A stretch of DNA of 62,365 bases, from contig JBILED010000001.1 of NCBI GenBank assembly GCA_044352305.1, positions 1 through 62,365 on the forward strand, given 5' to 3'. The position numbers were made by a program, and so were the translations under genes. This document shows, in pieces, positions 18,721 to 29,010 of this stretch (position 1 is its first letter; every line of letters starts with the position of its first letter). This DNA is from Gemmatimonas sp. (GTDB lineage Bacteria > Gemmatimonadota > Gemmatimonadetes > Gemmatimonadales > Gemmatimonadaceae). The notes beneath the pieces are model-generated. The model made no database searches. It was given only the letters and a program-made list of their open reading frames with translations, and was not told the DNA's origin.

Positions 18721-19953
18721 ATGGATGCCTCTCCGTCCGTTGCCGCCCAGTCCGAGCCCGTTCCGCTGATGTCCGCCCCACCGGCGCCCGCTCCGTCGGA
18801 GCTGGCCATGGTGCTGGGGGGCGGCGGCGCGCGCGGCGCCTACCAGGTGGGGGTGCTGCGGGCCATTGCGGCGCGCTACCCGCAGCTGCGTGTCCCCATC
18901 CTGGTGGGGGTGTCGGCGGGGGCGGTGAATGCCACGCACCTGGCGGCACACCGCGGGAGCTTTGCGGAGGCGATGGAGGCGCTGGTGCAGCACTGGCTGT
19001 CGCTCACGCCCGACCAGGTGTTCCGGGTGGACGCGTCGTCCTTGGCCGCCAACGTGATGCGCAGCGGCGTGCGGCTGGTGGCCGGGGGGCAGGGGCACCC
19101 TGAGCAGTTCCGCGGCATGGTGGACACGGCGCCGTTGCGCGGCTTCCTGGAGCGGGTGCTGGCGCGCAACCCCGACGGCACGCTGCCGGGGGTGGCGGAG
19201 AACCTGGCGGAGGGGCGGCTGCGCGCGGTGGCGCTGTGCGGCACCAGCTACACCACGTCGCAGAGCGTGACGTGGGTGGAGGGGCGCGACTTCACCGGGT
19301 GGGAGCGCCCGCAGCGGCGGGGCGAGCACACGCGGCTCACGGTGGACCATGTGCTGGCCTCCACGGCGCTGCCGCTGCTGTTTCCCGCGGCGCGCGTGGG
19401 GAACGAGTGGTTTGGCGACGGGGGGATCCGGCTCACGGCGCCGCTCTCGCCCGCGCTGCACCTGGGTGCGTCGCGCATCATCACCATCGCCACGCGCTAC
19501 GACCGCAACGGGCAGGAGGCGTCGCGCCCGCAGGTGCCCGACTACCCGCCGCCGGCGCAGGTGCTGGGGGTGCTGTACAACGCGGTGTTCCTAGACCTGA
19601 TCGACCAGGACGTGCTGCGGTTGCAGCGCACCAACCGCCTGGTGGCGCGGCTGCCCGTGGAGCAGCGGCACGGGTTGCGGGTGGTGGACATGCTGGTGCT
19701 GCGGCCGTCGCGGGACCTGGGGCGGCTGGCGGGGGAGTACGAGCCGCGGCTGCCGCGGCTGTTCCGGTTCCTCACGCGCGGGCTGGGGACGCAGAAGACC
19801 GAGAGCCCGGACGTGCTGTCGCTGGTGATGTTCCAGGAGGACTACCTGCGGCGGCTGATCGCGCTGGGGGAGGAGGACGCGGAGCGGCAGTGGGAGCGGA
19901 TCGCCGCGTTCGTGGAGGGGGAGATGGCGGCGGTGGCGCGCACCGCGGGGTAG
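18721..19953 (+). CDS. patatin-like phospholipase
   Basis: GGGARG, GVSAG, DGG motifs. Confidence 0.92.
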   Translation: MDASPSVAAQSEPVPLMSAPPAPAPSELAMVLGGGGARGAYQVGVLRAIAARYPQLRVPILVGVSAGAVNATHLAAHRGSFAEAMEALVQHWLSLTPDQVFRVDASSLAANVMRSGVRLVAGGQGHPEQFRGMVDTAPLRGFLERVLARNPDGTLPGVAENLAEGRLRAVALCGTSYTTSQSVTWVEGRDFTGWERPQRRGEHTRLTVDHVLASTALPLLFPAARVGNEWFGDGGIRLTAPLSPALHLGASRIITIATRYDRNGQEASRPQVPDYPPPAQVLGVLYNAVFLDLIDQDVLRLQRTNRLVARLPVEQRHGLRVVDMLVLRPSRDLGRLAGEYEPRLPRLFRFLTRGLGTQKTESPDVLSLVMFQEDYLRRLIALGEEDAERQWERIAAFVEGEMAAVARTAG

Positions 19954-20040
19954 CCCCGAGGTAGCCCCGATGCGCGCGCGGCGCGGCGCAACGCCCCACC
20001 GCCGCAGCGCGCCGTGATGCCGTGGTGCATCTTGCACCCC

Positions 20041-22254
20041 ATGCGCCCGTCCTTCCGGCCTGCGGGTCCCGCCGTCCTCGCGCTGCTGCTGGCGGCGGCC
20101 AGCGTCCCCCTGCGGGCCCAGCGCCCCTGCGACGCCCCCGAGGGCGCCGCGCCCAGCCGCGACCTGTACTGCATCGCGCTGCTTCCGGGCGCCGCCGGGG
20201 GAAACGCGACGGGGACCGCCCAGCTGGACTGGGTGCCGGGCCCGTTCACCGTGGCGGTGGCGGCCGACGGCACACACCGCTGGCGCCTCACCCTGACGCT
20301 GGACTCGCTGCCGACGCTCCCGTCGGGCCCCGCCCCGGGGTTTGTCGCCTGGGGGGTGGAGCCGTCGTTCTCGCACGTCACGCGGCTGGGGGTGGTGCGC
20401 GCGGGGCGCACCGCACTGGGGGCCGTCACGTACGACCGCTTCCTGGTGCTGGTGTCGGCCGAGCCGGACACCACCGTGCGCGAGCGCCGCGGCCGGCTGG
20501 TGCTGCGCGGCGAATCGGCGGCCAACCGGCTGCGCCCGGCGGACAATTACCAGTTCTTCCTCGGGGCGCTCACGGGGGGCGGCACTTCGGCGGCGTCGAG
20601 CGCGTCTCTGGCCGACAGCACGCCGGTGATGCACGATGCGCACGCGGGGCATGCCGGGCACGCGCGCCCCGATTCCGCCGGGTGGCGCGACGTCCCCATG
20701 TATCCGGGGCTGACGATGCTGCCGTCGGAGATGGCGCTGCGCCCCCCCGTGCGCCCCTGGCGGCCGGGGGACAGCGCCGCCGCCCCCGCTGCGGTGCCGC
20801 GCGCGGTGGTGACGCTGGCGCACGGCGACACGCTCGACCTCACCGCCGGGGTGGTGCGGCGCCGCATCGCGGGGCGCGACTACACCATGTTCGGCTTCAA
20901 CGGGTCGATACCCGGGCCGCTGCTGCGGGTGCCGCAGGCGGCCGAGGTGGTGGTGCGCTTCCGCAATGCGCTGCCGCTTCCCAGCACGGTGCACTGGCAC
21001 GGGCTGCGGCTGGACCACCGGTATGACGGCGTTCCCGACCTCACGCAGCCGGCGGTGGCGCCCGGGGACTCGTTCACCTACCGGCTGCGCTTCCCCGACG
21101 CAGGGCTGTACTGGTACCACCCGCATGTGCGGGAGGACATCCAGCAGGAGCTGGGGCTGTACGGCAACATCTTCGTGCGCCCCGCGCGCGAGGCGGGGCC
21201 GCCCCCGGTGCATCGTGAGGAGTTCCTGATCCTGGACGACCTGCTGGTGGGGGACGACGGCGCGCTGGTGCCGTGGGGATTGGAGGCGCCCACGCACGCG
21301 GCGATGGGGCGGTTCGGGAACGTGATGCTCGTGAACGGCGAGGCGGGGTGGCGGATGCGCGCGCGTCCGGGGGAGGTGGTGCGCCTGTACCTCACCAACG
21401 CGTCCAACACGCGGATCTTCAACCTGTCGTTCGGCCCGGGGACGCGGCTCAAGCTGGTTGGCGGTGACCTCGGGACGTACCCCGCCGAGCGGTGGGTGGA
21501 GAGCGTGGTGATTGCGCCGGCGGAGCGGTATGTGGTGGACGTGCGCTTCGACCGGCCGGGGCGGCAGGCGCTGGTGTCGCGGGTGCGGGCCATCGACCAC
21601 CTGTTTGCGCGCTTCTTCGCCGAGACGGACACGCTGGGGGTGGTGGAGGTGGCCGGGGCGCCGGCGCCGCCGTTGGCGCGGGCGTTTGGCGCGCTGCGCA
21701 CGCACCGCGCCGAGGGCGACACGGTGCGCGCGCTGGTGGCGGCGCACGCGGGGCGCGCGCCGCAGCGCACGCTGGAGCTGCGCGTGGCCTTTGCCGGGCT
21801 GCCGTTCGTCTCGCAGCGCCTCATGCAGCTGGACTCGGTGTACTTCAACCCCGTGGAGTGGGCGGGGACGATGCCGGGGATGAACTGGGCCACCACGGCG
21901 CCGCAGGCGCGCTGGACGCTGCGCGACCCCGACGCCGGGGTGGACAACATGGCGGTGACGTGGAGATTCCGCCGGGGGGAGCTGGTGCGACTGCGGCTGG
22001 CGGGGGTGCGCGACGTGCTGCACGGCATGCAGCACCCCATCCACGTGCACGGGCAGCGGTTCCTCATCCTGGCCGTGAACGGGGTGGCCAACCCCGACCC
22101 CGTGTGGAAGGACACCGCGCTGGTCCCTGCCGGGGGCACGGTGGATGTGCTGGTGGAGATGTCCAACCCCGGCCGGTGGATGGTGCACTGCCACATCGCG
22201 GAGCACCTGCAGGCCGGCATGATGATGGCCTTCGACGTCGAGGACACCCCGTGA
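20041..22254 (+). CDS. multicopper oxidase with an extra N-terminal domain
   Basis: HWHG, WYHPH, HPIHVHG, HCHIAEH...M copper ligands; His-rich linker HDAHAGHAGH. Confidence 0.92.
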   Translation: MRPSFRPAGPAVLALLLAAASVPLRAQRPCDAPEGAAPSRDLYCIALLPGAAGGNATGTAQLDWVPGPFTVAVAADGTHRWRLTLTLDSLPTLPSGPAPGFVAWGVEPSFSHVTRLGVVRAGRTALGAVTYDRFLVLVSAEPDTTVRERRGRLVLRGESAANRLRPADNYQFFLGALTGGGTSAASSASLADSTPVMHDAHAGHAGHARPDSAGWRDVPMYPGLTMLPSEMALRPPVRPWRPGDSAAAPAAVPRAVVTLAHGDTLDLTAGVVRRRIAGRDYTMFGFNGSIPGPLLRVPQAAEVVVRFRNALPLPSTVHWHGLRLDHRYDGVPDLTQPAVAPGDSFTYRLRFPDAGLYWYHPHVREDIQQELGLYGNIFVRPAREAGPPPVHREEFLILDDLLVGDDGALVPWGLEAPTHAAMGRFGNVMLVNGEAGWRMRARPGEVVRLYLTNASNTRIFNLSFGPGTRLKLVGGDLGTYPAERWVESVVIAPAERYVVDVRFDRPGRQALVSRVRAIDHLFARFFAETDTLGVVEVAGAPAPPLARAFGALRTHRAEGDTVRALVAAHAGRAPQRTLELRVAFAGLPFVSQRLMQLDSVYFNPVEWAGTMPGMNWATTAPQARWTLRDPDAGVDNMAVTWRFRRGELVRLRLAGVRDVLHGMQHPIHVHGQRFLILAVNGVANPDPVWKDTALVPAGGTVDVLVEMSNPGRWMVHCHIAEHLQAGMMMAFDVEDTP

Positions 22255-23708
22255 TTCGCCCCGTGCTCTGCCCGCTCCTGCTGGTCCTGGCGGCCGCCCT
22301 GCCTGCCGCGCTGGCGGCCCAATCGGCGGCCCCGTCTCCGGCGTCGCGCCCTGCGCTGGGTCCTGCGGCCCGCGCCTTCGTGAGCGTGGACGCGCCCGCC
22401 GTGGCCATCACCAACGTGATGGTGGTGGATGGCACCGGCGCGCCGGCGCGCCGCGGGCAGACGGTGGTGCTGCAGGACGGGCGCATCCGTGCGGTGGGGG
22501 CCACGGGGAGGGTGGCCGTGCCCGCGGGCGCCACGGTGATCGACGGCGCGGGGCACACGGTGATCCCCGGGATCGTGGGGCTGCACGACCACCTGTACTA
22601 CACCGCCACCGGCGGCCGCCTGGTGCAGCTCACCTTTTCGGGGCCGCGGCTGTACCTGGCCAGCGGCGTGACCACGGTGCGCACCACCGGCAGCCAGTCG
22701 CCGTACTCCGACATCAACCTCAAGCGGGAGGTGGACGCGGGGCGGGTGCCGGGGCCGCGCATTCATGTCACCTCGCCGTACCTCACGGGGCCCGGCGGCG
22801 GCGGGACGATGTCGGTGGCCAGCACCCCTGAGGAGGCGCGCCGCTTCGTGGCGTACTGGGCCGAGGAGGGGGCCAGCTGGATCAAGTTCTACACCAACAT
22901 CAGCCGCGCGTCGATGAAGGCGGCGATTGACGAAGCGCACCGGAAGGGGATCCGCGCCACGGGGCACCTCTGCTCGGTGACCTTCCGCGAGGCGGTGGAG
23001 CTGGGGATCGACGACCTCGCGCACGGCGCGCACACGGCGTCGGACTTCTACCCCGGCAAGAAGCCCGACGAGTGCCCAGGGGACAACCTGTCGGTGCTGG
23101 ACCGCGAGATGCGCGGCGACGGGCCGGTAGCCGGTCCGCTCATCGACCTGATGGTGCGCCGGAAGGTGTCGATGACCACCACCATGGCCATCTTCGAGGT
23201 GTTCTACGCCGGGCGTCCGGTGACCGATGCGCGCACGCTGGAGCTGATGGCCCCCGACATCCGCGCGGCGTACCTGGCCGAGCGCGCGATGATCGACACG
23301 GCGAAGGCGTGGCCCTTCACGCCGGGGAGCTTCGCGCGGGCGCTGGCGTTCGATCGTGCCTTCCACCAGGCCGGCGGGGTGCTGGCCAGTGGCGTGGATC
23401 CCACGGGGAACGGCGGCGCACTGCCGGGGCTGGGGGACCAGCGCGGCTACGAACTGCTGCGCGAGGCGGGGTTCAGTACCGAGGAAGCGGTGCGGGTGAT
23501 CACGCTGAACGGGGCGCGCATTCTGGGCGAGGACACGCGCCTGGGATCGGTGGAGGCGGGGAAGGTGGCCGACCTGGTGCTGCTCAAGGGCGACCTCACC
23601 AGCGCCCCCGACGTGATCCGCCAGACGGTCACCGTGTTCAAGGACGGCGTGGGGTACGACTCGGCGAAGATCTTCGCCGCGCTGAAGGGGCGGGTGGGGA
23701 TCAACTGA
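22251..23708 (+). CDS. secreted amidohydrolase
   Basis: GTG start overlapping upstream stop; PGIVGLHDH, GHL, GSVEAGKVADLV. Confidence 0.88.
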   Translation: MIRPVLCPLLLVLAAALPAALAAQSAAPSPASRPALGPAARAFVSVDAPAVAITNVMVVDGTGAPARRGQTVVLQDGRIRAVGATGRVAVPAGATVIDGAGHTVIPGIVGLHDHLYYTATGGRLVQLTFSGPRLYLASGVTTVRTTGSQSPYSDINLKREVDAGRVPGPRIHVTSPYLTGPGGGGTMSVASTPEEARRFVAYWAEEGASWIKFYTNISRASMKAAIDEAHRKGIRATGHLCSVTFREAVELGIDDLAHGAHTASDFYPGKKPDECPGDNLSVLDREMRGDGPVAGPLIDLMVRRKVSMTTTMAIFEVFYAGRPVTDARTLELMAPDIRAAYLAERAMIDTAKAWPFTPGSFARALAFDRAFHQAGGVLASGVDPTGNGGALPGLGDQRGYELLREAGFSTEEAVRVITLNGARILGEDTRLGSVEAGKVADLVLLKGDLTSAPDVIRQTVTVFKDGVGYDSAKIFAALKGRVGIN

Positions 23709-23753
23709 GGGGGGCATCCCGCGGGGGTTGAGCGGTCCGTTAGCCTTGACCCC

Positions 23754-25634
23754 ATGCCCACGCCCGTGCCGTTTGCCGCGCGCCCCCTTGGCGCGCTGTC
23801 GCTCCTGACGTTGCTCTCCCCGCTGGCGCTCGCCGTCGCGCAACCCGCCGTTGCGCAACCCGCCGTTGCGCAACCCGCGCCGGCGCAGCCGCCGGTGCCG
23901 CAGCTGCCCCCGGTCACCACGGCCTCGCGCACCGGGGCCGACGGCACGCGCAGCGTGCAGGTGATCGACCGCGCGATGCTGGACCGCCTGCCGGGGACGT
24001 CGGTGCAGGCGGCGCTGCAGTGGGCGCTGGGGAGCGACCTGCAACCGCGCTCCCCGGCGCAGGCGGATCATGCGCTGCGCGGCGCCACGTACGAGCAGAC
24101 GCTGGTGCTGGTGGACGGGCAGCGCATGCGCGACCTGCAGACGGGGCACTTCGCGCTGGACCTGGCGGTGCCGTACGAGGCGATCGAGCGGATCGAGATC
24201 GTGCGCGGCGCGGCCGCGGCGCAGTACGGGGCGGACGCGGTGGGGGGCGTGGTGAACATCGTCACGCGCACGCAGGGGGCGGCGGGGCGCCTCCGCGGCG
24301 GGCGGTTCGGCACGCTGGACGCCGCCCTTTCGGCGGGGGGGATGGTGCGCGGCGCGCGGGCGGGGGTGCATGGCGAGCGACTGCGCACCAGCGGGCATCG
24401 CCCGGGGACGGACGCCGACGTGACGCAGCTGCGCGGCACGCTGGCGGGCGGCGATGCGGGGCGTCGGTGGCGTGCCGACGCCGGCTACGGCGCGCGCGAC
24501 TTCGGTGCGGCCACCTTCTACGCCCCCTTCGATTCGTACGAGCGCACGCGCACCGCGACGCTGTCGGTGACCGCCGAGGCGCTGTGGCGCGAGCGCGTGG
24601 CGTGGACGGCGCGCACCGGGGTGCGCCACCACAGCGATGATTTCATCCTGGTGCGCACCGACCCGGCGCGGTATCGAAACCGGCACCGGTCGCTGCAGGC
24701 GGAGGGGGAGCTCTCGGCGCGGTGGGCGCTCTCCCCGGCCACCACGGTGGCGGCGGGGGGGGAGTGGCTGTCGGCGTGGCTGCGGTCGGCGCGGCTGGGG
24801 GACCGGGCGCAGCAGCGGGGGGCGGCGTTTGCCGAAGTGCGGCACCGCCAGGGGATGGTGGAGGGGAACGCCGGGGCGCGGCTGGACGCCAGCTCCGACT
24901 TTGGGCGGCAGCTGATCCCCAGCGCCGGGGTGTCGGTGACGGTGGCGCCGCAGGTGGTGGTGCGGGGGAGCGCGGCCGGTGGCTGGCGGCAGCCCACGTG
25001 GACCGACCGCTTCTATCAGGACCCGGCTAACCGGGGGACCCCCACGCTGCGTCCCGAACAGTTCGTGAACCAGGAGCTGGGGGTGGCAGCGGGGCGCGCG
25101 GGGGGCGTGCAGCTGGACGTGGCGCTGTTTGACCGGCGGGGGCGTGAGACGATTGACTGGGTGCGCCCGCTGGGGGTGCTGCCCCGTCCGGCGTGGGTGG
25201 CCACGAACATCGGGCGCACACGGACCACCGGGGTAGAGGGGCTGCTAAAGACCCCATTTAGCGCAATGATGGCTCTTACATGGCGCGCTAGTGTCCTGAA
25301 AGCAACCGCAAATCAGCCCGTGGGCGTGGAGGGGAAGTACGCGCTGCGCCCCCTTACCCGCAGCGGTGGCGTGACGGCCCAGCTCAACCCGGCTGGCCGC
25401 GTGTGGGTGTTGGCCGACCTGCTGCACGCGCGGCGGCTGGGGGAGCGCGCCTACACCACGGCGGCGTTGCGGCTGGGGACCACGTGGCGCGGCGCCACCT
25501 GGTCGGTGGAGGGGACCAACCTGGGGCGGGCGCAGGCGCTGGATGCCAGTGGGGTGCCCATGGCTGGGGCGGCGTGGGCGGTGGGGGTGCAGTGGCGTGG
25601 CGGGGGGGGCGGTGGGGGTGATCGTGGCCCATAA
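23754..25634 (+). CDS. TonB-dependent receptor (BtuB-like)
   Basis: plug motif LRG...QTLVLVDG...IERIEIVRG...YGADAVGGVVNIVT; barrel with LRPE motif. Confidence 0.88.
   Translation: MPTPVPFAARPLGALSLLTLLSPLALAVAQPAVAQPAVAQPAPAQPPVPQLPPVTTASRTGADGTRSVQVIDRAMLDRLPGTSVQAALQWALGSDLQPRSPAQADHALRGATYEQTLVLVDGQRMRDLQTGHFALDLAVPYEAIERIEIVRGAAAAQYGADAVGGVVNIVTRTQGAAGRLRGGRFGTLDAALSAGGMVRGARAGVHGERLRTSGHRPGTDADVTQLRGTLAGGDAGRRWRADAGYGARDFGAATFYAPFDSYERTRTATLSVTAEALWRERVAWTARTGVRHHSDDFILVRTDPARYRNRHRSLQAEGELSARWALSPATTVAAGGEWLSAWLRSARLGDRAQQRGAAFAEVRHRQGMVEGNAGARLDASSDFGRQLIPSAGVSVTVAPQVVVRGSAAGGWRQPTWTDRFYQDPANRGTPTLRPEQFVNQELGVAAGRAGGVQLDVALFDRRGRETIDWVRPLGVLPRPAWVATNIGRTRTTGVEGLLKTPFSAMMALTWRASVLKATANQPVGVEGKYALRPLTRSGGVTAQLNPAGRVWVLADLLHARRLGERAYTTAALRLGTTWRGATWSVEGTNLGRAQALDASGVPMAGAAWAVGVQWRGGGGGGGDRGP
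23832..23876 (+). repeat. 15-bp tandem repeat x3 (AVAQP) after the signal peptide
   Basis: GCCGTYGCGCAACCC three times. Confidence 0.8.
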
Positions 25635-26844
25635 CCCCGGCCGTCGCCGGCTCCTGATCGCGCTCCTGTTCGCCGGCACGGCGCTCAACTACGTGGACCG
25701 GCAGGTGCTGGCGCTCCTCAAGCCCACGCTCGTGGCGACGTTCGGGTGGGATGATGTGGCCTTTGCCCACCTGGGGTCGGCGTTCCAGTTCACCACCGCC
25801 GCAGCGCTGCTGCTGTCGGGGTGGCTGGTGGACCGCTTCGGGGTGCGGCGGGCCTATGGCGTCGCGGTGGCGGCGTGGAGCCTGGCGGGGATGGCCCATG
25901 CGGTGGCGGCCAGCATCGCCCAGTTCGTGGGCGCGCGGGTCGCCCTGGCCGCAGCCGAGTCGGTGAACACACCGGCGGCGGTGAAGGCGGCCGCCCGGCA
26001 CCTTCCGCTGACCGAGCGGTCCATGGGGCTGGGGCTCATCAACACGGCGCCCAACATCGGGGCCATTCTCACGCCGCTGCTCATCCCGCCGCTGGCCCTG
26101 GCGTTCGGGTGGCGTGCGGCGTTCGTGGTCACGGGGGCGCTGGGGTTCGCGTGGCTGCTGGCGTGGTGGCCCGCCACCCGGTGGCTGGACGACGAGGCGC
26201 CCCCTGCGACCGGGGAGCCCGGGACCGTCCTGCCTTGGCGTGCGGTGCTGGGCGATCGCCGCACCTGGGCGATTGCCGGGGCCAAGGGGCTCACCGACAT
26301 GGTGTGGTGGTTCCTGCTGTTCTGGACCCCGGACCTCTTCGCCAGGACGTTCGGTCTCACGCAGGGGCGGCTGGGTGCACCGATCGCGCTCATCTACGCC
26401 ATGGCGGCGCTGGGGGCGGCCAGCAGCGGCGCCCTGTTTCCCCGCCTGCTGGCGCGCGGCATGTCGGTGAACCGGGCGCGCAAGGGATCGATGCTGGCCT
26501 ACGGGTGCCTCATTCTCCCCGTGCCACTGGCGCTGCAGGCGGGGAGCCCGTGGGTGGCGGCGCTGCTCATCGGCCTGGCGCTGTTCGCGCACCAGGGGTT
26601 CTCCACCAACCTGTTCGGCTTCGCCGCCGACGTGGTGCCGGTGACGCGGGTGGCCACCGTGGTGGCGGTGGGGGCGGTGTGCGGGAACCTGGCGGGGATG
26701 GGGATGATCGAGCTCACCGGATGGTCGCTGTCCACCGGCGTGGGGTATTGGCCCATGTTCGCGCTGTCGGCGTCGGCGTACCTGCTGGCCACGGGGTGGA
26801 TCCAGCTGTGGGTGCCGGTGATTCGGGTGGACCCGGCGGGGTGA
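25618..26844 (+). CDS. MFS transporter (ExuT/ACS-like), probable sulfoquinovose or sulfoquinovoside importer
   Basis: LNYVDRQ, GWLVDRFGVRR, D..WWF..FW.P, AHQGFS.NL; substrate inferred from neighbours; start uncertain. Confidence 0.82.
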   Translation: MIVAHNPGRRRLLIALLFAGTALNYVDRQVLALLKPTLVATFGWDDVAFAHLGSAFQFTTAAALLLSGWLVDRFGVRRAYGVAVAAWSLAGMAHAVAASIAQFVGARVALAAAESVNTPAAVKAAARHLPLTERSMGLGLINTAPNIGAILTPLLIPPLALAFGWRAAFVVTGALGFAWLLAWWPATRWLDDEAPPATGEPGTVLPWRAVLGDRRTWAIAGAKGLTDMVWWFLLFWTPDLFARTFGLTQGRLGAPIALIYAMAALGAASSGALFPRLLARGMSVNRARKGSMLAYGCLILPVPLALQAGSPWVAALLIGLALFAHQGFSTNLFGFAADVVPVTRVATVVAVGAVCGNLAGMGMIELTGWSLSTGVGYWPMFALSASAYLLATGWIQLWVPVIRVDPAG

Positions 26845-26867
26845 AGGGCCCGCGCGGCCGGCGCGAC

Positions 26868-27977
26868 TCAGCCGGTCGCCGCCGCCACCTCGGTCCACTC
26901 CACCACGCGGTGCTCGCGCGCGCTGACCTCTGCGGCCACCCCCATCGCCACCGCGCGCCATCCGTCCTCCGCGGTCACCTCCACCGGCCCCTCGCCCCGC
27001 ACCGCCGCGGCGAAGCGCTGGTGCTGGTACCACGTCGCCCCATGGTGCGTGCCGGCGGCCAGCGCCGCGGCGTCCACCGGCACGTGCTCGCGCACGGGAT
27101 GCTTGGGGTTCCCGTACCCGGTGCGCGGGCTGAACACCAACTCGCCGGGCGGCACGAGGCACTCCAGCCGCGCCACGTCTCCCACCGCCGTGAACGTCTC
27201 CTGGTGCTCGGCGCCATCGGCGAACATGCACAGCTCCAGCATGGCGCGCGCGCCATTGGCGAAGTCCACCGTGGCGTAGCCGTTGTCCAGGATGTCCGGC
27301 GCGTGGCCGCCGTAGCGTTCGTCCACGTGGTTCACGTCCATGGCCCCGCTGCAGTGCACCCGCACCGGTTCGCTGCGCACGATGAGCCGCATGAGGTCGA
27401 AGAAGTGGCAGCACTTCTCCACCATGGTCCCGCCCGTGTTGGCGGCGAAGCGGTTCCAGTCCCCCACCTTCACCAGGAAGGGGAAGCGGTGCTCGCGCAG
27501 TGTGAGCATGCGCAGCGCGCCCACGCGGCCGGCGTGCACCTGCCGGATGAACTCGGTGGCTGGCGGCATGTAGCGGTACTCCATGGCCACCCAGAACACG
27601 GCTGGGTGCCGCGCGGCGCGGTCGGAGATCCACCGCGCATCGGCCACCGTGGTGGCCAGCGGCTTCTCGCACAGGATGTGGAGCCCGGCGTCGAACAGGG
27701 GTGGCAGCACCGCGCGGTGCGTGTGGTTGGGGGAGGCCACCACCACGGCGTCCACCACCCCGCTGGCGGCCAGTGACGCCGCGTCGTCGAATTCGGCCAC
27801 CTGCGCCGCGCGATCCCCCAGTGCCTCCTTCAGCACCTCGCGGGCCCACGCCAGCGATTGGGGCACGGGGTCGGCGATGGCGGTGACCATCGCGCCGGGC
27901 GTGATGGCCAGGTTGCGCAGGTGCTCCACCCCCATCATCCCCGTGCCCACGATGCCGTAGCGGATGGTGCGTGCCAT
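26868..27977 (-). CDS. sqgA: Gfo/Idh/MocA-fold protein, probable NAD+-dependent sulfoquinovosidase (GH188)
   Basis: GTGMMG Rossmann, CEKP, MEYRY, EHRFPFLVKVGDWNRF (R-x3-L-x-K sulfonate-binding pattern), EKCCHFFD, HHG; adjacent to SmoB/SmoC homologs. Confidence 0.75.
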   Translation of the reverse strand: MARTIRYGIVGTGMMGVEHLRNLAITPGAMVTAIADPVPQSLAWAREVLKEALGDRAAQVAEFDDAASLAASGVVDAVVVASPNHTHRAVLPPLFDAGLHILCEKPLATTVADARWISDRAARHPAVFWVAMEYRYMPPATEFIRQVHAGRVGALRMLTLREHRFPFLVKVGDWNRFAANTGGTMVEKCCHFFDLMRLIVRSEPVRVHCSGAMDVNHVDERYGGHAPDILDNGYATVDFANGARAMLELCMFADGAEHQETFTAVGDVARLECLVPPGELVFSPRTGYGNPKHPVREHVPVDAAALAAGTHHGATWYQHQRFAAAVRGEGPVEVTAEDGWRAVAMGVAAEVSAREHRVVEWTEVAAATG

Positions 27978-28092
27978 CGTTCCCCTCGATCCGGTGCTCC
28001 CGGCCCCCCGGCGTGGTCGCCGCTTGACCGGGGCTGTGTGATTCCCGCCAATTTAGCGCACGATCCGTGGTCCCCTCTTCTCCCCGCGCCCC

Positions 28093-29010
28093 ATGACCGA
28101 ACCCCGCTGGCTCCCCGCCCCGCCCCGCACCCGCCCCCTGTTCCCCGGCGGCCCCGAGGTGAGCACCCTGTCGTGGGGGATGTGGCGGATGACCGGCGAC
28201 GACGTCACGGAGGCGCGCCGGCTGGTGGAGGCGGCGCTGGACGCCGGGATCACGCTCCTGGACACCGCCGACATCTACGGCTACTCCTCGCCGTCGGGGT
28301 TTGGCGGCGCGGAGCGGCTGCTGGGGCGCGTGCTGGCCCAGGCGCCCGGGCTGCGGGAGCGGATGGTGCTGGCCACCAAGGGGGGGATCATCCCCGGCAC
28401 GCCGTACGATTCCAGCGCGGCGTACGTGGCCGAGGCCATCGATGCGTCGCTGGCGCGGCTCAAGGTGGAGCGGGTGGAGCTGTGGCAGGTGCACCGTCCG
28501 GACATCCTCACGCACCCGCAGGAGCTGGCGCGGACGCTGGAGAACGCCGTGGCCAGCGGGAAGGTGGGGGCGGTGGGGGTGTCCAACTTCACCCCGGCGC
28601 AGGTGGCGGCGCTGCGCGCGCTGCTTACCGTGCCGCTGGCGTCGCTGCAGCCGGAGTTCTCGCCGCTCTGCCTGGAGCCCATGGAGAACGGGCTGTTTGA
28701 CGAGGCCATGGTGCACGGCACCGCGGTGCTGGCCTGGTCGCCGCTGGGGGGCGGGCGGGTGATGGCGCCCGGCACGCCGCGCGAGGAGGCGGTGGCGGCG
28801 GCGCTGGACCGGGTGGCGGCGGCGCACGGCGTGTCGCGCAGCGCGGCGACGTACAGCTGGGTGATGGCGCACCCGGCGGGGGCCATTCCCATTGTGGGGT
28901 CGCAGCAGCCGGCGCGCATTGCCGAGGCGGTGGACGCGTACCGGGTGCGGTGGACGCGGGGCGACTGGTACGCAGTGCAGGTGGCGTCGCGCGGCGTGCG
29001 GCTGCCGTGA
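28093..29010 (+). CDS. smoB: aldo/keto reductase, probable 6-oxo-glucose reductase (SmoB/SquF-like)
   Basis: GMWR, DTADIYG, APGLRE, HRPD, GKV.AVGVSNF, WSPLGGG; translationally coupled to the monooxygenase. Confidence 0.75.
   Translation: MTEPRWLPAPPRTRPLFPGGPEVSTLSWGMWRMTGDDVTEARRLVEAALDAGITLLDTADIYGYSSPSGFGGAERLLGRVLAQAPGLRERMVLATKGGIIPGTPYDSSAAYVAEAIDASLARLKVERVELWQVHRPDILTHPQELARTLENAVASGKVGAVGVSNFTPAQVAALRALLTVPLASLQPEFSPLCLEPMENGLFDEAMVHGTAVLAWSPLGGGRVMAPGTPREEAVAAALDRVAAAHGVSRSAATYSWVMAHPAGAIPIVGSQQPARIAEAVDAYRVRWTRGDWYAVQVASRGVRLP

Noticed and set aside
25233-25313. AT-rich patch as a diversity-generating retroelement variable region
   Set aside because: No template repeat or reverse transcriptase in the window, and the shift is toward A/T
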